From contig CAWJSK010000012.1 of assembly GCA_963845535.1 (NCBI GenBank), positions 672,001 through 736,000 of the forward strand: a DNA stretch of 64,000 nt, written 5' to 3'. Below the pieces are notes generated by a model, which was given only the letters and a program-made list of their open reading frames with translations, was not told the DNA's origin and did no database searches. Each line of letters begins with the position of its first letter. The stretch's first letter is position 1. Source of the DNA: an uncultured Spirochaetota bacterium. GTDB taxonomy: Bacteria > Spirochaetota > Spirochaetia > SZUA-6 > Fen-1364. A program made the position numbers and the translations under genes. This document shows, piece by piece, positions 1-9,790 of the stretch.

Positions 1-823
1 ACCTTTCGGACCACGTTGTTGAAAGTGTCAGCGATGTAGAGATTGCCTGCGGAATCGACTGCGATACCGTACGGATAGTTCAGCCTGGCCGAGGTTGCCA
101 GTTGCCCGTCTCCATAGTAGCCTTGAGCGCCGGTGCCTGCCCACAAGCTGATAGTGCCGGTGCTGCCGCCGGAAACCACCCGAATACGGTCATTGCAATA
201 GTCGTCGATGTAAAGGTTAAGATTGATCGAGTCATAGGCCACGGCAAATGGAAGGTTAAGCCCAGTCGTGGTAGGCCGTCCGGCAAGAGTGTAGGTCGTA
301 GTCCCATTTCCAGCTACCAGTGAGATTGTCCTCACCGACTAACTTCCCGAACGCGGTTATTGAAGGTGTCAGCAATATACAGACTGCCTGTGGTGGAATC
401 GACTGCGACACCATAGGGATATTGCATTTGAGCCCCAGTGGTAGCTGAAGTCCCGTTTGCGTAGCCCGGGCCCTTGCTGAAATCTCCCGCATACGTACTG
501 ATGTTTCCGCTCGTATCAACCTTTCGAATCAGGCTGTTACCGGAATCAGCAATGTAGACATTACCCGAAGAATCAACAGCAACGCCTTCGGGCCCGTCAA
601 GCTCGGCGGTTGTCGCAGCCGCGCCGTCTCCGGCGTAGCTTCCGGTTCCGTTCCCGGCAAAGGTGCTGATCTTTGCCCCATTCGGAGTGCCAAAGCTTTG
701 TATTACGCCTAAGACCCAGTTGGAGCAGCTCCCCACGGATATAAGGAAGGCAACGGTTGCGACAAACAGGAAGACAAGTCGCAGGTGTTTTGAGCCGGCT
801 CTGTTGTTCATTCTTGTGCCCAT
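1..823 (-). CDS. NHL-repeat (beta-propeller) lipoprotein/surface protein; frameshifted near 335 and running off the window start
   Basis: Hydrophobic N-terminus ending VGSC, then repeats such as GPEGVAVDSSGNVYIADSGNSLIRKV. After the TGA at 332 another frame continues the repeats (TISLVAGNG...YPYGIAVDSAGNLYIADTFNNVVRK). Confidence 0.85.
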
Positions 824-2907
824 TCTGTCGAGCGTCTTTCGGCGTCGGCGGCACGCGTGCCGCCCGGAGGTTCTTGCCCAGGGACTTGATATTGTGCGGC
901 CAACTGGGGATCAAGCTTTTTCGCGTTTGTGTAATCCATGTCCGCCTCATCACGCTTGCCCAACGCAACCGCCGCGCTTGCGAGCTCCAAAAGCGCACGT
1001 GAGTTGTCCGGCGCCGCCTGCGCGGCGCGGCTATAGTACTCGTAGGCGGCTTTCGGATCGGATCTCAGCGTAGCAATGTTTCCCAGGTTGAGCAGGGCGT
1101 ACACGTAGTCACCCTTTGCGCTGAGAGCCGCAAGAAAGTCCTTTTCCGCCATGTCGTAGCGGCCAAATCTCGCGTAAACCACCCCCCTCCCGTTGAGGGC
1201 CCTCGGCGTGGGTTCCTTGGATATTGCCTCGTCGAACGGCGCGACCCGGGAGCTGATCTCCTCATCTACAAGGCCGGATAGGTCAGCACTAAACGCCAGC
1301 CTGACCAGATCCTGGGCTGGAATCTGCACCGTAGTGCCATCAGCGGGAAGCCCCACAGGCGGGTAGGTTTTCCAGGCCTCATGGACGGGATAAAAGGCCG
1401 CGGTTTTGTTTTCGACGCCTTGCCTCCACTCTTGGGCGCCCTCCCGCCAGGCGTCGAGCAAGCCTTTATCACGAATTGTGGTCTCGATTGGCAACCAGCT
1501 CTTCCCGTCAAGGAAAATAAGGTCTTCCGACTCAGTCAGTTGGGCCTTGGCTTCATCAGGAGACAGCCCGAGGTTGATTGCCATGAAAATATGCCCTGGC
1601 ACGGTAATGAATGCTGTCTCGATCCCCACCGACTCGAAGAGCGAAGCATAAAGGATGGAAAAATCCGAACAATCTCCTGCCCTGTACTTCAAGGTCTGCC
1701 GGGGAAACTTGAGGAAATCCACGACCTCTGGATGAGCCGAGGTATACGAGTAGGGCGTGCTCGGATTCGGAGAGTATGCCAGTCCGTAGATCCTCAGCGC
1801 ATCATGGAAAGCTATCGCGGTCTGGAGGTTTTTCACGACCCCGGGATTTCGAAGGTCGCGCACCATGGCTGACACGTTGTCGGAGATGTCGAGAACCCAG
1901 GGGTCCTTTGCGGAGACAAAAGCCGCCGCTTTGCGGTTGTCGTCCCACGTCATGGCGTTTCGGTCATACACCGACAGTGTAGCCGTGGTGGCTGCCTGGT
2001 CCTGGGATCCGTTACTTTCCTTGTATGCCGCATCCACTTCGGCGGTCACTTTTGTGGGTTCGGTGACGTCCAAAATGCTTGTCTTGAAAAGCGCGTAAAG
2101 CGGCACCTCACGTGTCTGGCCAGGATCGAGCTCCGCGATCGTCGCGCTCTCCTTGGGCCCGTCCATGTACTCCTTGATGATGAAACTTACTTTCACGTCG
2201 GTAAGAGGCTTCTTGCCGGTGTTCTTGACCACCGCTGAACCAACAGGGTGATCGTCATAGAATGCGTGAAAGATGGGAAAGACGCTTCCCAGGTGGACAT
2301 CTCTTATATCGAGAAACTGAGGACGTGCGGGTGATTGTATCCCACTGGCGTTTTGAGGGCTCAGGGTAAAAGCGGCACCGAGTGAGATGCCAAGACTTCC
2401 GTAAAACTGGAGGTAGTAGGTATAAAACGCCTCCAGTCGGAGGGCGATATTGGGATTGAGCGCATACGAGAGACCCGCTCCACCTTCCGCGAAGCCGTCG
2501 TTCTCGTAAAAATACCCCGAGTACGCGACATGCGTGACCAGATCCACGAAAGAGTAACCTATGTCAGCAAAGACGCGTCCCGAAAATGGCCCGAAAATGG
2601 GGATGCGATACGCCGCCCCGAGAGCTCCAGCCATCTCGTAGATTCCGCCCACGGCGCTGACCGAAAGGGGAATATAGTTGAGATTGATTCTGAACAAAGG
2701 CGCGAAGCCCCACCACGCGGGATGGACGTATTCTCCTGAAAAGTCGACCGTCACGCCGGTGGAGAAGTAGCTGTCACTAAGACCGAGCGGCAGTGTCGCT
2801 GCCGGGGACAGGCTCCACCAGAATGCGGGGCGTTGGGTCTCGCTCTGGGCGAAAAGGCTTCCAAGAATTATGAGACTGAACAACAGTGCGAAAGCATTTC
2901 TTTTCAT
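808..2907 (-). CDS. Exported protein: beta-barrel-like N-terminus, Ig-like domain, transglutaminase-like core, C-terminal TPRs
   Basis: Signal peptide MKRNAFALLF...LFAQ; amphipathic beta strands; GDCSDFS...PGHIF...WLPIETT; TPR motifs ALNGRGVVYARFG and ALLNLGNI. Start placed at ATG 2907. Confidence 0.75.
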   Translation of the reverse strand: MKRNAFALLFSLIILGSLFAQSETQRPAFWWSLSPAATLPLGLSDSYFSTGVTVDFSGEYVHPAWWGFAPLFRINLNYIPLSVSAVGGIYEMAGALGAAYRIPIFGPFSGRVFADIGYSFVDLVTHVAYSGYFYENDGFAEGGAGLSYALNPNIALRLEAFYTYYLQFYGSLGISLGAAFTLSPQNASGIQSPARPQFLDIRDVHLGSVFPIFHAFYDDHPVGSAVVKNTGKKPLTDVKVSFIIKEYMDGPKESATIAELDPGQTREVPLYALFKTSILDVTEPTKVTAEVDAAYKESNGSQDQAATTATLSVYDRNAMTWDDNRKAAAFVSAKDPWVLDISDNVSAMVRDLRNPGVVKNLQTAIAFHDALRIYGLAYSPNPSTPYSYTSAHPEVVDFLKFPRQTLKYRAGDCSDFSILYASLFESVGIETAFITVPGHIFMAINLGLSPDEAKAQLTESEDLIFLDGKSWLPIETTIRDKGLLDAWREGAQEWRQGVENKTAAFYPVHEAWKTYPPVGLPADGTTVQIPAQDLVRLAFSADLSGLVDEEISSRVAPFDEAISKEPTPRALNGRGVVYARFGRYDMAEKDFLAALSAKGDYVYALLNLGNIATLRSDPKAAYEYYSRAAQAAPDNSRALLELASAAVALGKRDEADMDYTNAKKLDPQLAAQYQVPGQEPPGGTRAADAERRSTEWAQE

Positions 2908-3160
2908 GCTAAAGACCTTCGCCATGACCAGAATCTTATGGCCACTCATCATGCAGCACCTCAAGCGCCTTCCGTGGGCATAGTTTGATGACCATACTCG
3001 GGAACCAATAGGACCCACCCGCACCATGCACAGACCGTATAGACCTCCGGCTCTTTGGCAGCCGGACAATTGTTCTTTGTACTTTGTACATGAATATAGC
3101 ATGGAAAGGCTCTTGGAAACCAATTAAAGATGACTTTCGAACCTGCACCGCGATGCACTC

Positions 3161-3919
3161 TTAATTCGTAATCTCTTTGTTCTTGCCAAATTTGTTTTCC
3201 AACAGATTGATTGATTGAAGCAATACGAATGTTTCATCCTTCGTTTTGACGTTTATCATGATACCGGCATTTTTCAACAGCTCCCGCATTTTGCTTGTCA
3301 GATAGGCCAGGGTGTTGGAGATGTAAAAGGGGAAGTACCAGAAGTAGAAAAAGGCAAGCAACACGCATACTATGCCCACGGCGGCCACGGAGACAATCAT
3401 GCTCCTGGAGTCATGCTGCGTTGACAGGCTTTTTCGCTCCACCGCTTCCATATTGAGATCGTTGATTTTGACTACGGATTGCCGCGCGCCCGTGTACGAC
3501 GAAATAAAATCAAAGGAGATCGCAAGCGAGCTCTTCCGCGGCGTATTCATTTGCAGGCAGGCATTCCAAAAGATTCCATAATTCTTGACTAATTCGTCAA
3601 CATAATCCCTTTCATGCAGCTCCGTAATGTTCTTCCTTTCCAAGTCAAGGTTGCGTTCGAACGTCTGTCGGCTCGCGTCAAACAGGCGGGAATCAAAAAA
3701 AGAAACTCCCGTCAGCTTTGGTCTCTCAACTGCAGCTCTCATGTCGTCCAGGGCCAGAAGCATGTTCTTGCAATAGATGAGCGATTCGTAATTATCCTTG
3801 ATGATTTTCTCCGCCTCGTTGGAGAGAGTCTGAATGCTGTAGGAGCTGTAGATTGCAAGAACGAAAATGATGAAGAACAGGAACCCCAGGCCGATTGTCA
3901 GCTTGGTTCTCAACGGCAT
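3161..3919 (-). CDS. Membrane sensor protein with four-helix-bundle (4HB_MCP-like) periplasmic domain and no kinase domain
   Basis: AAGGAGGG RBS; two TM segments; IIKDNYESLIYC, NITELHE and DLNMEA motifs typical of KdpD-associated sensor N-termini. Confidence 0.7.
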   Translation of the reverse strand: MPLRTKLTIGLGFLFFIIFVLAIYSSYSIQTLSNEAEKIIKDNYESLIYCKNMLLALDDMRAAVERPKLTGVSFFDSRLFDASRQTFERNLDLERKNITELHERDYVDELVKNYGIFWNACLQMNTPRKSSLAISFDFISSYTGARQSVVKINDLNMEAVERKSLSTQHDSRSMIVSVAAVGIVCVLLAFFYFWYFPFYISNTLAYLTSKMRELLKNAGIMINVKTKDETFVLLQSINLLENKFGKNKEITN

Positions 3920-3938
3920 AGACCCTCCTTGCCTGGGC

Positions 3939-6461
3939 TCATGGCTTGTCCAGTATCTCTCGCACCACGGTGAGGAGCTCCGTGGCACTGAAGGGCTTCT
4001 GCAGGAAGTTCAGGTCTGCCTCAAGAATCCCGTGATGCGAGATCACATTCGCGGTGTAGCCCGAGATATAGAGGACTCTTGCCTTGGGTGATAGCTCTCG
4101 AAGCCTGCGTGCAAGCTCCTTTCCACTCATTCGCGGCATCACGACATCTGCTACCAACAACGCGACGGAGGTGTTACGCGCCGCCACAGCGGCCAAGGCT
4201 TCCTCTCCCGCCGACGCCTCGATGACGACATACCCCGCCTTTTCCAGGGCAATTCTTGCAACGCTTCGAACCGCGGAATCATCATCTACGAGGAGTATTC
4301 TTTCAGTCCCTTTCGGGGCAGTTGCTCCCGGCGCTGAGACCAATGCCTTGCCGGCTTCCTGCCCGGTCAACGGGAGATAGAGCGTGAACGTCGTTCCCCT
4401 GTTCACCTCGCTATAGCAGTTGATGTACCCTTCGCTCTGTTTGACAATCCCGTACACCGTTGACAGCCCCAGACCGGTCCCTTTCCCCTTCTCCTTGGTT
4501 GTGAAAAACGGTTCATAGATGCGCGAAAGGGTTTCCTGATCCATCCCAATTCCCGTGTCACTCACGGCGATGCGAACATACTGCCCTTCCTTCGCTCCCG
4601 GGTGATCGCGGAGGTACGTCTCGTCGAAAGTTCGGTTTGAGGTCTCGATCGTGAGCTTCCCGCCGGACGGCATGGCATCCCGCGCGTTTACCGCGAGGTT
4701 CAGGAGGATTTGTGTCATCTGCCCGGGGTCCGCCAGGAAATTACCCGTGCTGGGATCGATGAACGTGCGAAGCTCAATGTCCTCACCAATGACTCTCTCG
4801 AGCATCTTTTGCGTGGATCGAAGGAGGTCTTTCGTGTCGATGACTTGGGGTCGCAGGACCTGCTTGCGACTGAATGCCAGAAGCTGCTCAATGAGCGTCG
4901 CTGCCCTCTGAGCCGCCTTGGTGATTTCCGCGACATACTTCCGGTTCGCCGGGAGCGGCTCCCGGTTGAGCACCTCGCAGTAGCCAATGATGACTTGAAG
5001 GACATTGTTGAAGTCGTGAGCAATCCCTCCCGCAAGCTGGCCGATTGCCTCCATCTTCTGGGCCTGAGCAAGCCGCTCCTCAAGCCTTTTCTTTTCAGTC
5101 ACATCGGAGGTGAAGTACAAGACAGCCGGCCTGCCGTCCCACTCGATCATCTGGCCCACGGTTTCCACCCAGATGACTTTCCCGTCCTTCCTCACATCGC
5201 GAAAGGTTGCCTTGGGAATGAGATTGCCCTCGGTGCGCGCCGCATAGCGTTCCATCGCCGCGCCTGCATCATCCTTGTGGATGATCCGTGCGATCTCCAT
5301 GCCCGCCATTTCTTCGTGTGAATAGCCGAGCATCTCAAGGAGATGGTTGTTGAAAAACAACACCTTTGCGTTATCGACGACCGAGATGCCCTCGGGGGCG
5401 ACCTCGATGAGGTTTCGGTACTTGCTCTCCGAGATACGATATTTCTCTTGGCTCTCCCGGAGTGCCTCCTCCGCCCGCTTGCGCTCGGTGATGTCGCGAA
5501 TCATCGTCAGTGATGCGCGTACCCCATCGTAGATAATGGGGGCTGAAGAGACTTCGACGTCGAAGGCGCTCCCGTCGAGATGAAGACATTTCTGCTCCTC
5601 CCGTGGCACGTATTCTCCCGCCCGCTGTATCCTGCGCGAACGTTGCTGAACGATCTCCCGAAAGTCAGGGTGGACAAGGTCCATTACGTCTTTTCCTACA
5701 AGGGCCCCGGGCGTATCTGCGCCGAACAAAGCCGCGGCCGAAGAGTTTACGAACGCGACCTTGCCTTCCCGGTGCACGAGCACCGAATCCGGGCTGAGCT
5801 CGACAAGCTGGCGGTACCTCTCCTCGCTTTCTCTGAGGGCCGCTTCCGCCCGCTTGCGTTCGGTGATGTCGCGGGAAATGCCGAACGTCCCCACAATGTT
5901 CCCGCGCTTGTCACGCAAAGGCATCTTCGTCGTCAACACCCAGGCATCAGGGCGATCAGGCCGCGTCTCCCTCTCTTCCTTGTCGACGATGGGCTCGCCG
6001 GTGCTCATGATCCTTTGCTCGTCTTCAAACGCTTCTCGCGCGTGCTCCTCCGTGAAGTAGTCGAAATCGGTTTTCCCGATTGCTTCTCGGGGGTCCTTGA
6101 TATTGAAGGCTTTGAGAAATGCCCTGCTGAGATGTATGAAACGACTCTGTCTATCTTTGAAATAGATATTGTCTGGTATGTTCTCTTCCAATGCGTCCAT
6201 CAGGAGAATGCGCTCTGGGGGGAGTTCCTCCTCTCCCACTTTCTCGCCGGTGATATGCAGCCTCAACGCGGCGTCGTGAGCGCTTTGGAAGTCCATCATG
6301 CTCTCACGGGACCGCTTCAGAAGGTCTTCGATTGCATCAACAAGCAGATCCAGCCCGTCACCCTTGGCTGTTCTGCCTATGCCCAGGGAGGAGTCTCCTG
6401 GTGAGGTCTTCTTGACTGCGTCGATGATCGCGTCGACGCGATTCTGGAACTGTTCTTGCAT
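3939..6461 (-). CDS. Soluble multi-PAS hybrid histidine kinase/response regulator
   Basis: Three PAS/PAC repeats (..RDITERKRAE), H-box AGGIAHDFNN, NLAVNARDAM, GKGTGLGL, C-terminal receiver (LLVDDD, DVVMP, KPF). Confidence 0.93.
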   Translation of the reverse strand: MQEQFQNRVDAIIDAVKKTSPGDSSLGIGRTAKGDGLDLLVDAIEDLLKRSRESMMDFQSAHDAALRLHITGEKVGEEELPPERILLMDALEENIPDNIYFKDRQSRFIHLSRAFLKAFNIKDPREAIGKTDFDYFTEEHAREAFEDEQRIMSTGEPIVDKEERETRPDRPDAWVLTTKMPLRDKRGNIVGTFGISRDITERKRAEAALRESEERYRQLVELSPDSVLVHREGKVAFVNSSAAALFGADTPGALVGKDVMDLVHPDFREIVQQRSRRIQRAGEYVPREEQKCLHLDGSAFDVEVSSAPIIYDGVRASLTMIRDITERKRAEEALRESQEKYRISESKYRNLIEVAPEGISVVDNAKVLFFNNHLLEMLGYSHEEMAGMEIARIIHKDDAGAAMERYAARTEGNLIPKATFRDVRKDGKVIWVETVGQMIEWDGRPAVLYFTSDVTEKKRLEERLAQAQKMEAIGQLAGGIAHDFNNVLQVIIGYCEVLNREPLPANRKYVAEITKAAQRAATLIEQLLAFSRKQVLRPQVIDTKDLLRSTQKMLERVIGEDIELRTFIDPSTGNFLADPGQMTQILLNLAVNARDAMPSGGKLTIETSNRTFDETYLRDHPGAKEGQYVRIAVSDTGIGMDQETLSRIYEPFFTTKEKGKGTGLGLSTVYGIVKQSEGYINCYSEVNRGTTFTLYLPLTGQEAGKALVSAPGATAPKGTERILLVDDDSAVRSVARIALEKAGYVVIEASAGEEALAAVAARNTSVALLVADVVMPRMSGKELARRLRELSPKARVLYISGYTANVISHHGILEADLNFLQKPFSATELLTVVREILDKP

Positions 6462-6525
6462 TCCCCGTCCTCCCCGCGTTGGAACCTTGTCTGCGGTCTT
6501 CACTAGAAGCGGCAAGGGTTCAAGA

Positions 6526-6553
6526 ATTGTACCACGAGCGGGGAACAACGCAA
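6526..6553 (-). promoter_or_regulatory. Putative sigma70 promoter of the hybrid kinase
   Basis: Minus strand TTGCGT-N16-TACAAT with extended -10 TG. Confidence 0.5.
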
Positions 6554-6582
6554 TGCCTGACAGCCTCGCCATGCAAGATCGC

Positions 6583-8004
6583 CTATCTGACTGATCGTAT
6601 GCATGATTCGAGTATCCCTATCCCTTCCTTGATCCGCGCCGGCGTAAGCATCCCGTAGCCCAGGATGAGAGTGTCAGCCCATCTGCCCTTGCGAATTGCA
6701 TGCTCCTCCACGGGGTACACCTTCACACCGGCGTGTTCAATGCGGGAAAGCAGCGCCGGCGTGAATCGAAGGCCACGAAAGCGCGCGCACAGATGAAGGC
6801 CCGCAGCGCTCCCCAGGACTTCCGCCGCATCCCCGAAACGGGTTTCCAGATTGGCCACGAGCGCCTGCCGGAGCGTACGGTGCGCCTTCTTCATGGCGTG
6901 AACATGACGAACGAAATATCCTTCCGCAAGGAACCGCGCAAGGATGAGCTGCTCCACGGATGAGTTGTGAAGGTCGGTGAACCATTTTACTTCCCGCCCC
7001 CTGCTGACGAGCTCCGGAGGAAAAACGATATACCCGATGCGAAACGCAGGACACAACGTCTTGCTGAATGTCCCCACGTAAATGACGCGCTGCGGGTCGA
7101 GGCCTTGAATCGAGCTGATGGGGGGTGAGTCGTACTTGAACTCGCTGTCGTAATCATCCTCCAGCACGTAGGCGCCGCGTGATCGCGCGTACTCCAGCAG
7201 CCGCGCCCGCCTCTGGATGGGCATCGTCACGCCGAGCGGGAACTGGTGAGACGGAGTCACGTAGATGAAGGCCGGTCGGGCCCGCGGAGGAAGCAAGTCC
7301 ACGCGCATTCCCTGCCCGTCCACGGCAACGGCAAGCACCCTCGCGCCGAAGCCGCGCGTGATGCTCTGAATGTCGGAGGTCACCGGGTCCTCCAGGACGC
7401 ACGTCCGCCTTTCTCCGCCCGCCGGACCGCGGCCCAGGAGAAGCCTGCTGATGATGCCGACCGCCTGCGTCGTTCCCCCGGTGATGAGTATCTGGTCGGG
7501 ATGGCAGCGCACGTCCCGATAGGCGGAGATGTAACGGGCAATCTCACGTCGCAGCTCAGGCCTCCCCTCGGGCTGGCTGTAGCTGAGGTCCAGCGGCGTC
7601 ACGCTGCCCCACGTCAGCCGGCTCAACCGCTCCCACGTCCTGACGGGAAACCGCGCAAGGTCCGGCAAGCCGGAGCGGAAGTCGATCAGCTCGGGGCGAT
7701 ACGGCCGAAAGCCCACACTCGGGATGGAGGGAAGGTCCGGCAGGTCTTTCGGCCGGAAGGCCGCCCCTGAGGAGACGAACGTCCCGGCCCCCACCCTGGT
7801 CTCGATGTAGCCTTCCGCCAGAAGCTGGTCGAACGCGTTGAGCACGACGTTGCGCGAAACCCCCAGCTCGCCGCAGAGGCGTCGGGTGGAGGTCATGCGG
7901 ACCCCCGAGGGAAGAGCGCCCCTGAGGATTTGCGTCCTCAGGCGTTCATAGATCTGGTGTGTGAGCGGCGTATCAGCCCCCCGCTCCAGGGCGACAAACG
8001 ACAT
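6583..8004 (-). CDS. MocR/GabR-family PLP-dependent transcriptional regulator
   Basis: GntR wHTH (STRRLCGELGVSRNVV) plus aminotransferase domain (YVTPSHQFPLG, EDDYDSEF, GTFSKTL). Confidence 0.95.
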   Translation of the reverse strand: MSFVALERGADTPLTHQIYERLRTQILRGALPSGVRMTSTRRLCGELGVSRNVVLNAFDQLLAEGYIETRVGAGTFVSSGAAFRPKDLPDLPSIPSVGFRPYRPELIDFRSGLPDLARFPVRTWERLSRLTWGSVTPLDLSYSQPEGRPELRREIARYISAYRDVRCHPDQILITGGTTQAVGIISRLLLGRGPAGGERRTCVLEDPVTSDIQSITRGFGARVLAVAVDGQGMRVDLLPPRARPAFIYVTPSHQFPLGVTMPIQRRARLLEYARSRGAYVLEDDYDSEFKYDSPPISSIQGLDPQRVIYVGTFSKTLCPAFRIGYIVFPPELVSRGREVKWFTDLHNSSVEQLILARFLAEGYFVRHVHAMKKAHRTLRQALVANLETRFGDAAEVLGSAAGLHLCARFRGLRFTPALLSRIEHAGVKVYPVEEHAIRKGRWADTLILGYGMLTPARIKEGIGILESCIRSVR

Positions 8005-8025
8005 CACGTTCCCTTTCCCACCTGG

Positions 8026-8073
8026 AAGTGGCACCATCGATATGACATGAAAGTGGCTCTTTTGTAAACCACT
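8026..8073. promoter_or_regulatory. Putative MocR operator: two direct repeats plus one inverted repeat
   Basis: AAGTGGC at 8026 and 8051; inverted AACCACT at 8067-8073, in the divergent intergenic region. Confidence 0.6.
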
Positions 8074-8100
8074 CCCTGCGCCCATATTCGACCAGGACCG

Positions 8101-9042
8101 ATGATGAGCGCAGACATATCTGAGATGACAGCGGGACCCGCCGTGGCGGGACGCAAAGAGGGCGGGCGCCGAAGTGAGCTTCGCGGCCTTCTGGAAGTTG
8201 TCCTTGCCATGTCCCTCGCAGGAAGCAGCGTCGTGGTTGGCAAGCTCCTTTCAGCGCGCGTCCCCGTGTTCCTTTCGGTGGAGCTGAGCCTTTGCGCGGC
8301 GCTGGTCGCCATCCTTCCGGCGCAGCTCGCGCGAAGGAACGAGCTTCGGCGCCTCGTCCCCCGGGACCTTCTCTACATGTTCCTCCAGGCCCTTTTCGGG
8401 ATCGTGCTTTTCCGCGTGTTCACGCTGTATGGCCTTCATTTCACCTCCGCGCTCAGCGCGGGCGTCATCACGAGCGCCGCGCCCGCGGTCATGGCTGTGC
8501 TGGCCGCCGTGGTGCTCGGGGAGAAGCTCGGCCGAAGCCAGGCCTTTGGAGTAGGCCTGACCGTTTCCGGCCTGCTTTTCATCAACCTGTGGGGCCGCTC
8601 GCCGGCGGAAGGCACCGGGTCCCTTACCGGCAACCTCCTCGTGCTCGCGGCAACGGTGTGCGAGGCGCTCCTCACGGTCTTTCGAAAATCCTCGGGTGGC
8701 CGTATTGGGTCCATCACGAACACCACCGTGCTCGTTGCCATGAGCGCTGTCATGATGCTGCCCTTCGCGGTCCTGGACCTGCGCGGATTCCTCCTGGCAA
8801 GGATCGACGCCGTGGGATGGATATCCGTCATCTACTACGGCGCCGTGGCAACCGTGATCGCCTACATCCTCTGGGGCCACGGGGCGCTTCGGATACCTGC
8901 GCACAAGACGGGAATTGCCACCGCAGCGCTGCCCGTAGCCGCGGTGGTCCTTTCCGCGCTCGTGCTCGGAGAGCCCTTGGGACCGCGGCACCTTGTGGGG
9001 TGCGCGGCCGTCATCACCGGCATTATACTGGGGAACATATGA
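8101..9042 (+). CDS. DMT (EamA) family exporter
   Basis: About 10 TM segments with two EamA repeats (LAAVVLGEKL, SALVLGEPL). Confidence 0.9.
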   Translation: MMSADISEMTAGPAVAGRKEGGRRSELRGLLEVVLAMSLAGSSVVVGKLLSARVPVFLSVELSLCAALVAILPAQLARRNELRRLVPRDLLYMFLQALFGIVLFRVFTLYGLHFTSALSAGVITSAAPAVMAVLAAVVLGEKLGRSQAFGVGLTVSGLLFINLWGRSPAEGTGSLTGNLLVLAATVCEALLTVFRKSSGGRIGSITNTTVLVAMSAVMMLPFAVLDLRGFLLARIDAVGWISVIYYGAVATVIAYILWGHGALRIPAHKTGIATAALPVAAVVLSALVLGEPLGPRHLVGCAAVITGIILGNI

Positions 9043-9713
9043 TCGAGATTTCAGAAGGATTGAGAAAGCTTTACCCGGGCGCGGTGCTCGGCGTCCTTGC
9101 CATGCGAGGGGCAAGAAACCCCGCGCGCCACGATGAGCTGGAAGACATGGGTGCGGCCGTGGAGGCACGGCTGCGGGACAAGTTCGCTGAGGGCGGAAAG
9201 CCCGCCCTCAAGGCGAATCCGGTGGTTGCAGCGTATGAGCGCTATTACAAAACCTTCCGAAAGACCTATCACGTCACCCTTCAGCTCGAATCCGTGATCT
9301 GGAAAGGCCGCAGCATCCCATCCGTCAGCGCAATCGTCAAGGCGATGTTCATGGCGGAGCTTTCCAACATGCTTTTGACCGCGGGGCACGACGTGGCAAA
9401 AGTGAAGCTTCCCCTCCGCCTTGGCGCGGGGGTCGGAACGGAAGCTTATGAAGCCCTTGGAGGGGAGCAGCGGATCGTCAAGGAAGGGGACATGTTCATC
9501 TCGGACTCAGGCGGCGTCATCTCGAGCATCCTCGGCGGCCCCGATCAGCGCACCTCCATCTCCGCGGATACGAAGGACCTGCTGTTCACGGTCTATGCGC
9601 CGCCCGGCATCGGTGAAGCGCTGGTCCTGTCCCACCTGGAGGACATCAGGCGATACATGACGATCATTGCCCCGGAGGCTTCCACGGAACGCGTGGAGAC
9701 CCACCTCGCATAG
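9039..9713 (+). CDS. Stand-alone B3/B4 (PheRS-beta editing-like) domain protein
   Basis: ATGA overlap with the EamA stop; AYERYYKTF, LLTAGHD, GDMFISD, GPDQRTSI, LFTVYAPPG motifs. Confidence 0.8.
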   Translation: MIEISEGLRKLYPGAVLGVLAMRGARNPARHDELEDMGAAVEARLRDKFAEGGKPALKANPVVAAYERYYKTFRKTYHVTLQLESVIWKGRSIPSVSAIVKAMFMAELSNMLLTAGHDVAKVKLPLRLGAGVGTEAYEALGGEQRIVKEGDMFISDSGGVISSILGGPDQRTSISADTKDLLFTVYAPPGIGEALVLSHLEDIRRYMTIIAPEASTERVETHLA

Positions 9714-9790
9714 GAGCCCAACAAGCCAAGCCAGCCCCCTCGCAACACTGCGCTGAATCGTGCATGATGGCCGCCACAGGAACAGCCTCT

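Noticed and set aside
8292..9038. N-terminal extension of the B3/B4 ORF
   Set aside because: It is an alternate frame of the EamA gene; the real start at 9039 overlaps the EamA stop.
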